18,517 nt of DNA from Candidatus Odinarchaeia archaeon (GCA_029856525.1 JAHQXC010000021.1:1-18517); one strand, 5' to 3'; counted from the stretch's first letter, positions 1-7,690 are shown. Translations and numbers: made by a program. The notes: a model not told the origin generated them from the sequence alone.

Positions 1-909
1 GCTCGTGTTTCACCTAAACATAAAATGCTGATTGTTAAAGCGTTAAAGAAGAAGGGTAGTATTCTAGCCATGACAGGTGACGGTGTTAATGACGCACCGG
101 CTTTAAAGTCTTCGGATATAGGTGTCGCCATGGGAATCGCCGGCACAGATGTAGCTAAAGAAGCCTCTGATATGGTTCTAGCCGACGATAACTTTTCAAC
201 TATAGTTGCAGCTGTTGAAGAGGGTAGAATGGTTTACGATAATATTAAGAAGGTTGTTAAATATCTTATTTCAACTAATTTCGGAGAGATTCTCACCATT
301 TTCGTAGCTATTATTATAGGGTTACCTCTTCCTATATTAGCTCTTCAAATACTTTGGATAAATCTTGTAACTGACGGTTTGCCTGCTTTAGCTTTAGGTG
401 TTGAACCTGCTGAAGGTGATCTTATGGAGAGGAAGCCGAGAGATCCTAATGAAAACATATTATCTAAGGAGACTCTCGTAAACGCTTTAATTTACGGTGG
501 TATAATGTGCGCGGGTGCGTTAGCTTTATATGTTTTCGAATTATTCTCATTAGATTACTGGGGGTTTTTAGCTACTAATCCTACACCTGAGCAGATTGAT
601 ATCTTTTTAACAAGGCCTAGAACAGTGGTTTTCACAATTGTTATGCTTTTTCAAATGGTGAGCGTGTTCACTTTTAGATCTGAGAAAACATCTATTTTCA
701 GAATGAAATTTTTCGGAAACAAGTATTTAGTTATATCTGTAGCGATCTCAGTGGCTCTTCAACTGCTTGTAGTATATATACCGGTTATGCAGGTTCCTTT
801 CAAAACGATCTCCTTGAATCCGGTTGACTGGTTGCTAATTATTTCTATAACGCTGAGTCTCTTACTCTACTCTGAACTCCGTAAATGGTATATTCGGCGG
901 AACATATAA
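1..909 (+). CDS. P-type cation-transporting ATPase (type II, probably Ca2+), C-terminal part; 5'-truncated by the window edge
   Basis: Frame is open from base 1 (ARVSPKHKM...). Contains the hinge motif MTGDGVNDAPALK, GIAGTDVAKEASDMVLADDNF, M5 ISTNFGE, M6 QILWINLVTDGLPALALG and further C-terminal TM helices. Confidence 0.95.
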   Translation, partial: ARVSPKHKMLIVKALKKKGSILAMTGDGVNDAPALKSSDIGVAMGIAGTDVAKEASDMVLADDNFSTIVAAVEEGRMVYDNIKKVVKYLISTNFGEILTIFVAIIIGLPLPILALQILWINLVTDGLPALALGVEPAEGDLMERKPRDPNENILSKETLVNALIYGGIMCAGALALYVFELFSLDYWGFLATNPTPEQIDIFLTRPRTVVFTIVMLFQMVSVFTFRSEKTSIFRMKFFGNKYLVISVAISVALQLLVVYIPVMQVPFKTISLNPVDWLLIISITLSLLLYSELRKWYIRRNI

Positions 910-1017
910 ATATATATTTGACTGTAAATTATTGAATTTCTATATATTATTGATAGAATTTTTAGATTATGATATAAATATTTAAATAATTACAGTCAGA
1001 GACATAATCTGATCGTT

Positions 1018-2079
1018 ATGCTAAAAAGTTTATACAGAAAAATATCATTCAGTAAGCTGATACCTTTAAACAAAAATCTCTTAGACGAATCTACCGCAAG
1101 TATACTTGAAGCAGGCTTTAAAAAGATAAGCCCTCCATCATATAATAAGATAGCTGTGTTCACATCCGAAAGCGAGCTCTCTGAAGCAACTGATATAGTC
1201 GTGTTGAATCTTAATATTTACAGCATATTTTCAAAAGATTATACTTTAGATGAATACTCAATTAAAATTTTATCAAGCCTTTTCAGAATATTAGCTAAAG
1301 AAGATAGGGAGGTCTTGAAGCCAATAGCTTTCATCATCTGCACTAACCCGTTTACTTTAACCGAATATTTTGAAAGAGAAAAGATCAGGTTAGACAGGAA
1401 TACGCGTGTCTTACATATAGCACCTACAAGCCTTTATTTTAGCCTTTATCAAAAAAATATAACTTACCTCATATTAGAGTATAATAGCCGATTCGTTAAC
1501 AAGCATGCCTATGATAAAATATTCAGAGAGATAGTTAACACTAATATTCTACTAAACAAATCTAATAATTACCTTACCGACTACGTTATTAAAGAAGGCT
1601 TCTACGATGTGTTCACTATAGGGGGTCCTCTGCTGAAAGCTTATACACTAAAAGAAGGCGACGATAGTTTTAAAACTCCGATTTTAGTCTCTCTGGAAAC
1701 CCCGCCGTTTATAGACTCTCAACAGATAATAAGAGATTTACGGGAATCACTTAATAAAATAGATGTGACTGTAAAAGATTTTTTAGAATTTAGCAGCGTT
1801 CACATTAAACCCTTTAACTCACTTCACATAATTTTAGAGAAGGCTTACACAGAGATCATAGGAGAGCAACCGTATATTGATTGGTTTACAATACCCTCCA
1901 CGGTCGAAGTTTTTAATAAGTTTTTTAAAACTGTAAACCAGCTTATATTCGGCCCGGGTGTGTTAACTAAACCAGACGGAGGGGTGTTCAGACAGCAATT
2001 ATCAATTTTTCTTAAAATATTCAATAATTTCTTAAAAATTAAAGGTGGTGGTTTAAATGAAGGAGAACAGGGTTATTAG
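1018..2079 (+). CDS. M20/ArgE-DapE-fold protein, apparently lacking metal ligands (putative pseudo-peptidase)
   Basis: 353 aa ORF. Segments echo M20 landmarks: VVLNLNIYSI (for LLNGHxDxV), HIAPTSL..YQKN (for EPT...KG), LEKAYTEIIGEQP and IFGPG, then a C-terminal helix. Recognised by eye only. Confidence 0.55.
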   Translation: MLKSLYRKISFSKLIPLNKNLLDESTASILEAGFKKISPPSYNKIAVFTSESELSEATDIVVLNLNIYSIFSKDYTLDEYSIKILSSLFRILAKEDREVLKPIAFIICTNPFTLTEYFEREKIRLDRNTRVLHIAPTSLYFSLYQKNITYLILEYNSRFVNKHAYDKIFREIVNTNILLNKSNNYLTDYVIKEGFYDVFTIGGPLLKAYTLKEGDDSFKTPILVSLETPPFIDSQQIIRDLRESLNKIDVTVKDFLEFSSVHIKPFNSLHIILEKAYTEIIGEQPYIDWFTIPSTVEVFNKFFKTVNQLIFGPGVLTKPDGGVFRQQLSIFLKIFNNFLKIKGGGLNEGEQGY

Positions 2080-2629
2080 CAATCCTGCTTTCAAAATAGT
2101 TTTAACCGCTTTAAACATGGGCTTATACGCGGCAGTCGGTTTACTCACATATTTCGGGATCACGGTTGGTGGAATAAAATTCTGGCCGGCTGTGATCGTG
2201 CCTGCAACGTTCAGTGTATTATTTGGGCCTTTTATAGGAGGAGTGGGCGCTGCAGGGGGTATATTCATCGCCGATCTTTTAACACACGGGGATGCGTTGC
2301 TCAGTTTAAGTGTAGGTGTCACCGCTAATTTCACAGCCTTCTTTATTCTAGGCTGGCTAACCTATAACAAGTACACTTTAAAAAGATACCTGGTGTCCGC
2401 AACAGGGAGCCTTCTTATTGGAAGCGGAATAATCGGATTCGGCTTATTTTTATGGACTCAGATCTTCACGCTTCCAGGGCAGCCCTTCGCTCCATGGACT
2501 TGGATAGCCGCTTTAACATATTTCGGCTGGACTTTTCTCAGTGAAATCCCCTTCCTTTTGTTAGTAGTACCCCCTATAATAAAGACTGTGAAACATTCTC
2601 TACCAGGTATTTTCTCATCTGAAGTGTGA
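2057..2629 (+). CDS. ECF transporter S component (QueT-like) membrane protein
   Basis: 190 aa with about 5-6 hydrophobic helices. LFGPFIGGVGAAGGIFIADLL matches the S-component pattern (FGP.xG.xxxxG.xIxD). SD-like AAGGTGGTGG precedes the ATG. Substrate unknown. Confidence 0.75.
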   Translation: MKENRVISNPAFKIVLTALNMGLYAAVGLLTYFGITVGGIKFWPAVIVPATFSVLFGPFIGGVGAAGGIFIADLLTHGDALLSLSVGVTANFTAFFILGWLTYNKYTLKRYLVSATGSLLIGSGIIGFGLFLWTQIFTLPGQPFAPWTWIAALTYFGWTFLSEIPFLLLVVPPIIKTVKHSLPGIFSSEV

Positions 2630-3396
2630 GGGAAGGGTTAACAGTGTTTAAGGTAACTTTAACCAATCCTTTAAAAATAGGGTTACTCGAATTTAAACCA
2701 AATTTCGACGGTACAGGAATAACAGTTAACGGCATCCCGGTTAAACCTTCATATATCATTCATAGCCGTGATAGAATAGATATACGGGAAGGTGAGCGCA
2801 TAGTCTACTTAATAGAGCATCATATAGCAGCTTTAACTTTAACCGGCATAACAGACGCGCATATAATCTCGCATCGAAGTGACTGGAATTTCTATAGGCC
2901 TGAGGATCGTGCAGCGTATTCGACTAACGCGGAGCCTTCTATGGTTCTCGGCGATCCTAACGGAGTTATCGGCGCTGAACTAGTGGAATCCCTTTTAAAA
3001 GCGCCGAAAACCACCATTAGAAAACTACACGAGTACACTAAGCCTGGAAAACCTGTAGAAGTGGAGCTTGAAGAAAGCGGGGTTATCCGCGTTAAACCAT
3101 TAGAAGAAGATTACATCGCTATTATAAAATTATTTTTCAAAGGCTTTAAAATTAAAACAATTTTTAAAACCACGCCGCCGAATATAAGTAAACCGTTGCT
3201 TCACAAGATTTCTAATTCTATAACGCCGTTTTTATCTGACAGTGAAAATACAGTCTACCATGTTCTAGGCGATTTAATAGGTGATTTAATAGGGTTAGGC
3301 GGAATTATAGGCGTTGAAATTCAGGCCTTCTTGAAGAAGTCATATCACGCGCTAACTTTTAAACTAATTCAAAAAATTCTGTCAACTTTATCTTAA
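2626..3396 (+). CDS. LpxC-like zinc-dependent deacetylase/amidohydrolase (divergent)
   Basis: GTG start overlaps the upstream TGA (GTGA). IEHHIAALTLTGI resembles LpxC VEHLxAALxGLGI, YHVLGDLIGDL resembles RHKxLDxIGDL, and SYHALTFKLI resembles SGHALNNKLL. Confidence 0.7.
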   Translation: MREGLTVFKVTLTNPLKIGLLEFKPNFDGTGITVNGIPVKPSYIIHSRDRIDIREGERIVYLIEHHIAALTLTGITDAHIISHRSDWNFYRPEDRAAYSTNAEPSMVLGDPNGVIGAELVESLLKAPKTTIRKLHEYTKPGKPVEVELEESGVIRVKPLEEDYIAIIKLFFKGFKIKTIFKTTPPNISKPLLHKISNSITPFLSDSENTVYHVLGDLIGDLIGLGGIIGVEIQAFLKKSYHALTFKLIQKILSTLS

Positions 3397-3473
3397 CTAT
3401 ACAAGAGGAACTTATCGGTAGACTTGAGGTTTGAGTGAAGTTAATCTTAAATATCATAGAATAATATTTAGAA

Positions 3474-3563
3474 TCCGCTGCATGGTTGAATGTTCAGTCC
3501 AGTATTTCACGTTGACTTCAAGCAAAAGCTATTCCCGCTTACAGTTCAACGCGAATCAACGGA
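3474..3563 (-). ncRNA. Candidate structured non-coding RNA (unassigned)
   Basis: Intergenic. On the minus strand the ends pair (UCCGUUG/CAGCGGA, one G-U), followed by an inner stem GUUGAA(C)UGU/ACAUUCAAC. A TATA-like TTTAAATA lies about 20-25 nt upstream on the minus strand. No family recognised. Confidence 0.3.
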
Positions 3564-3590
3564 GCTGGCTTAAACCAGCTTATATTTAAA
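3563..3590. promoter_or_regulatory. Perfect inverted repeat AGCTGG-N6-CCAGCT abutting a TATA-like element (TATATTTAAA)
   Basis: Palindrome at 3563-3580 and AT box at 3581-3590, upstream of the Lrp-domain/pantoate kinase unit. Confidence 0.35.
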
Positions 3591-3652
3591 ATAGTAAGTT
3601 TTTTTAAGCAGTAGAATAGATTAACGTTTTAATGTTTAAAGGAGAAGAAAAC

Positions 3653-3883
3653 ATGGCGGTGAGATTAGCTTTCATCTTAATAAGAGCTCAAGGCGGCTTA
3701 GAATCTGAAATACTGGATCAACTTAAAACGTTTAAGCAAATAACTCAAAGCTATATGATATACGGGGAATGGGATATAATCGCAATAGCCGAATACGAGA
3801 AACTCCCAGAGCTTAATACTTTAGTTCTGCAAATTAGAGGTATTCCAGGAGTTCAACAAACGTCAACTTTAGTGGTGTCGTAG
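3653..3883 (+). CDS. Stand-alone Lrp/AsnC ligand-binding (RAM) domain protein, no HTH
   Basis: 76 aa from the ATG at 3653, which follows SD-like AAGGAG (ORF track starts at 3632). AFILI...YMIYGEWDIIAIAE...IRGIPGVQQTSTLVV is the Lrp/AsnC C-terminal pattern. Confidence 0.85.
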   Translation: MAVRLAFILIRAQGGLESEILDQLKTFKQITQSYMIYGEWDIIAIAEYEKLPELNTLVLQIRGIPGVQQTSTLVVS

Positions 3884-3889
3884 ATTAAG

Positions 3890-4846
3890 ATGAACACTGA
3901 CCTGAAAAATAATATTAGAGTATTTGTACCTGGGAGAATCTCCGGGTTCTTTAAAATCCTATATACACGGAAGGATTCTAAAATTAGCTTTTACGGTTCT
4001 CTAGGAGCCGGGCCTAATCTGGAGGTAGGCGGATGGACCTCTATTAAAATATTAGATGATACGCGTAAAAAAATAAGCGTATTCATTAACGGTAGACTTG
4101 ACGAAAACGCGGCGACGAGTTTAAACGTGGTGAAGCTTCTATTACCAGCCGGATTCGAAAAATCCATAGAAGTATATCATGATATTGATGTACCTGTCGG
4201 CTGCGGCTATGGTGCGAGCGGTATAGGCGCTTTAGGATTAGCTGCGGTGTTAAACATTGTTTTAGACTTGAAGCTAACCTATAACCGTGTTGGTGAGATC
4301 GCTCATAACGCGGAAATAATGGCTAGAACAGGACTGGGGACTGTTGGACCTCAGCTGTTAGGCGGATTCACTATTACTAGAAGAGGGGGGCCTCCCGGTA
4401 AAAATATAATCGATAAAATTTTTCTTCCAGAAGATTATACTATTATATCCGCTTCTTTCGGGCCTATAAGCACGAAGAGTATTCTAAGCAGAGAAGATAT
4501 TTTCGACGATATTAATCTATACGGCGGGAAGTGTTTGAGGAAACTATTGAAATCTCCTTCAATAATCAATTTTCTTAGGCTTTCAAGAGACTTCGCTGAG
4601 CGATTAGATTTTATCACTCCCAGAGTCTCCGAGGTGTTAGCGAAACTAGATGAGATAAACGTTAATTCAAGTATGTGTATGATAGGTGAAACTGTTTTCA
4701 CAATTGTAGAGAAAAATTTAGAATCACAGGTTGTTAATGTTTTAGAGAATTTTTTTGAAAGAAAAAATATTATTTTAACATCAGTTAATAACACTGGTTT
4801 ACGTGTTCATTACGGTGGTAGAGATGATAAAAGAATTTCAAGGTAA
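3890..4846 (+). CDS. Pantoate kinase (archaeal GHMP kinase family)
   Basis: FVPGRISGFF N-terminus, GSLGAG, GHMP ATP motif PVGCGYGASG, AHNAEI..RTGLGTV and SMCMIGETVF. Located near coaBC. Confidence 0.85.
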   Translation: MNTDLKNNIRVFVPGRISGFFKILYTRKDSKISFYGSLGAGPNLEVGGWTSIKILDDTRKKISVFINGRLDENAATSLNVVKLLLPAGFEKSIEVYHDIDVPVGCGYGASGIGALGLAAVLNIVLDLKLTYNRVGEIAHNAEIMARTGLGTVGPQLLGGFTITRRGGPPGKNIIDKIFLPEDYTIISASFGPISTKSILSREDIFDDINLYGGKCLRKLLKSPSIINFLRLSRDFAERLDFITPRVSEVLAKLDEINVNSSMCMIGETVFTIVEKNLESQVVNVLENFFERKNIILTSVNNTGLRVHYGGRDDKRISR

Positions 4847-5333
4847 AGCTCCTAGAATAGCTGAAAAAACTTTTATCTCGGAGAGCGCGCTAATAGTGGG
4901 GGCTGTAACGATAGGAGAATATTCTAGTATCTGGCCTAATGCTGTTCTAAGAGGGGATGAAGGGGAAATCACAATAGGATGTTACTCAAATATTCAGGAT
5001 AACGCTGTAGTTCACTCGGACATGAACGGCCGAGTTGAAATCGGCGACTACGTGACTGTAGGGCACGGCGCGATCATACACGGTTGTAAAATTAAAAACT
5101 ATGTGATAGTGGGCATGGGAGCGGTGGTATTAAACAACGCGGTGATAGGGGAGAACTGTATTATTGGCGCTGGAGCTGTAGTTCTCGAGAACACTGTCAT
5201 CCCTGATAATAGTCTAGTGGTAGGCGTTCCTGCTGTAGTTAAAAGTGTTGTATCAGGGGAGAAATCAGCTGTTATTAAAGATAATGCATTATTATACTGG
5301 AGGCTAGCTGAAGAATACTTATCTGAAAAATAA
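4824..5333 (+). CDS. Gamma-class carbonic anhydrase family protein (CamH/YrdA-like, hexapeptide repeats)
   Basis: LRGD, NIQDNAVVH and VTVGHGAIIHGC supply the three Zn histidines. ATG at 4824 preferred over GTG at 4803; overlaps the pantoate kinase 3' end. Confidence 0.9.
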   Translation: MIKEFQGKAPRIAEKTFISESALIVGAVTIGEYSSIWPNAVLRGDEGEITIGCYSNIQDNAVVHSDMNGRVEIGDYVTVGHGAIIHGCKIKNYVIVGMGAVVLNNAVIGENCIIGAGAVVLENTVIPDNSLVVGVPAVVKSVVSGEKSAVIKDNALLYWRLAEEYLSEK

Positions 5334-5437
5334 TCTATATATTCTAAATATTTTATATGTAAAACTATTTAGCTATATATCTTATAAACAAAAAGTATAT
5401 AGACACTCAGTTATCCCTATATTTAAAGGTGACATAG

Positions 5438-6709
5438 TTGCTTTCAACCAGTCATATATCGAAAGATATTATCGGAAGTAAAAGCACTATTTTGAAGAAT
5501 AAGAAAATAGCGCTTTGCATCACTGGAAGCGTAGCTGCGATCCAATGTCCTATACTAGCAAGAGAGTTAATGAGAAATGGTGCAGAGGTTTTCGCGGTAA
5601 TGACACCTAGTGCCTTAAACATTATCAGCGCGGATTTAATGCAGTGGGCTACGGGTAATAGGGTAGTGACTAAACTGAGCGGTTTACTTGAACACGTAGA
5701 ATTAGCTGGAACACATATAGGTCACGTTGATCTGGTTTTAATAGCCCCCTGCACCGCTAACACGATAAGTAAAATCGCATGCGGAATAGATGATACAACT
5801 GTAACTACAGTTGTTAGCACAGCTTTCGGAGCCGGGATACCGATAGCTATAGTCCCGGCTATGCATGAAAGCATGTATAATCATCCTATTGTGAAGGAGA
5901 ATATTGAAAAGCTTAAAAAACTCGGTGTAATCTTCATCAGCCCTAGATTAGAGGAAGGTAAGGCTAAAATCGCTACTATTGAAAGTATAGTTGCGAGAAC
6001 AATTAACATTTTAACTAAGCGAAACGACTACGAGGGTATTAGGGTATTAGTAACCGCAGGTGGAACTAGAGAATACATAGATCCAATCCGGTTTATAGGA
6101 AACGCGAGCTCAGGTCGCACAGGCGTTGAAATAGCGTTAGAAGCTGAGGCTAGAGGAGCCGATGTAACATTAATCTACGGGGTTGGGACCGTGGAGGCTC
6201 CTGAACATATTAAAACTATAAGAGTTGAGACAGGAGAGGAGATGCTTCAAGCGATATTAAATGAGATCACAAAAAATAAGTATGACATTATAATTCACCC
6301 TGCCGCTGTATCAGATTACGGTCCTATTAACACTGAAAAATTTAAGATACCTACAGGTAAAACCGAGCTCTCAGTTCCGTTGAAACCTTTACCTAAAATA
6401 ATTAACGAGATAAGAAAAGTAGATCAAAAAGTGTTTTTAGTCGGTTTTAAAGCTGAAACAGGTTTAAGTGAAGAGGAGCTTATAAGAAGAGCATACAATA
6501 AGCTTAGGGAATCTGACTTAGATTTAATAGCGGCGAACGATGTTTCAAAAGAGGGGAGAGGCTTCAAGTCTTTAACCAATGAGTTATATGTTGTCGACCG
6601 CGAGATGAAGGTTCATCACATTCCCTTAAGCCATAAAAGAGAGGTTGCAGCTAAACTTATGGATATAATTTTAGACTATTTTAAAAGAAGAAAGGAGAGC
6701 GACTGGTAG
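5438..6709 (+). CDS. coaBC: Bifunctional phosphopantothenoylcysteine decarboxylase / phosphopantothenate-cysteine ligase
   Basis: ITGSVAA, APCTANTISKIACG, PAMHESMY, TAGGTREYIDPIRFIGNASSG, AAVSDY, VGFKAET and ANDVS. TTG start follows SD AAGGTGA. Confidence 0.95.
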   Translation: MLSTSHISKDIIGSKSTILKNKKIALCITGSVAAIQCPILARELMRNGAEVFAVMTPSALNIISADLMQWATGNRVVTKLSGLLEHVELAGTHIGHVDLVLIAPCTANTISKIACGIDDTTVTTVVSTAFGAGIPIAIVPAMHESMYNHPIVKENIEKLKKLGVIFISPRLEEGKAKIATIESIVARTINILTKRNDYEGIRVLVTAGGTREYIDPIRFIGNASSGRTGVEIALEAEARGADVTLIYGVGTVEAPEHIKTIRVETGEEMLQAILNEITKNKYDIIIHPAAVSDYGPINTEKFKIPTGKTELSVPLKPLPKIINEIRKVDQKVFLVGFKAETGLSEEELIRRAYNKLRESDLDLIAANDVSKEGRGFKSLTNELYVVDREMKVHHIPLSHKREVAAKLMDIILDYFKRRKESDW

Positions 6710-7690
6710 ACTGCAACAACCATAATATTTTTCTATTTTAATTTTTAATTCACCAGCGTAGTGTTTTATTAAAGTTGAAGGCGATGTGATTCTATTAAAC
6801 CCTGAACGCAACGCCGCTGCTTCCATCTCTTTTTTTAAAACCCCCCTAGGTCTCATGCAGCCTAAGCTTAACTCTGTTTCTGGAAATACAAGTCTAAGTA
6901 TTGATAGAAAACGCTGTATACTATCACTGGAAGGCGGCTTAATATTTTGAAGAGGAGTACCCTTTGTGGGCGTGAATATTATAATCACTATTAAACTTAG
7001 ATTATAAGGTTCTAGTATCTTTAACGCTTTAAACTCGTTTCCTATCACGCCTTTATTTAATCCAACGCATATATGAGGTACAATATTTTTTAACCCAGAG
7101 TTTTTTAAAGCTTTAAAAGTGTTCTGATAATCAATAGAGGATTTATTTAAGTGGTAAACGTTTCGAATAACTTCATCATCCCCGGTTACATCGAAGGAGA
7201 CAACGTCGACGCCTGTTTTTGAAAGCTCTCTTATCAGGCTATTTTTTATTAAACCAGTATGCACGTTTACAACAAGTTTAGTTTCCTGTTTTATTCTAGT
7301 TAAGTCGTCTATGAAATCTTCTAAAGGCACACTTCCCTCACTGTCACAGCCGCCGCTTACTAGAATCCCTAACGCTCCTTTATCCTCCATTTTTTTAGCG
7401 AATTCGAATAGTGACCTATATTCTGATATGCAATTCATATGCTCAAGATACTTAAGATTACAGTGATCGCATTTAAGCTCGCAGGAGTGGTTTGTTAAAG
7501 ATATTACAGGGAATTTTAAACCTGGGTAGAATAGTTTAACCGTGTTTTCAAAATTCTTCTTAAAATTTTTTACCGCTGTTTCACTTAAAAGCTCATTTGA
7601 CACTTCACCTTGGCGAAAGATCTTCTCTGCTTCTGATACGCTGAGCGGTTTAACTAGTTCATCCGGGTTATAAATCGTCTCCAACTTCAT
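6671..7690 (-). CDS. lipS1: Radical SAM lipoyl synthase subunit LipS1 (archaeal type)
   Basis: CELKCDHC (CX3CX2C) plus GCMR and a C-terminal CC (YGCCS), the motifs described for the Thermococcus TK2109-type LipS1. Adjacent to lipoate ligase genes. Confidence 0.8.
   Translation of the reverse strand: MKLETIYNPDELVKPLSVSEAEKIFRQGEVSNELLSETAVKNFKKNFENTVKLFYPGLKFPVISLTNHSCELKCDHCNLKYLEHMNCISEYRSLFEFAKKMEDKGALGILVSGGCDSEGSVPLEDFIDDLTRIKQETKLVVNVHTGLIKNSLIRELSKTGVDVVSFDVTGDDEVIRNVYHLNKSSIDYQNTFKALKNSGLKNIVPHICVGLNKGVIGNEFKALKILEPYNLSLIVIIIFTPTKGTPLQNIKPPSSDSIQRFLSILRLVFPETELSLGCMRPRGVLKKEMEAAALRSGFNRITSPSTLIKHYAGELKIKIEKYYGCCSLPVALLSSFKIV

Noticed and set aside
2053-2759. Minus-strand ORFs 2053-2334 and 2574-2759
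   Set aside because: Antisense shadows of the S-component and LpxC-like genes; no motifs or SD.
3482-3589. 35-codon plus-strand ORF (MVECSVQY...) in the intergenic gap
   Set aside because: No SD, no recognisable motif, and too short to support.
4435-4794. 119-aa minus-strand ORF
   Set aside because: Lies wholly antisense to pantoate kinase; no family features.
5840-5990. CoaC half lacks the bacterial ACG substrate-clamp cysteine motif (reads PRLEEGKAK)
   Set aside because: As I recall this is the normal archaeal CoaBC form, so not evidence of inactivation.
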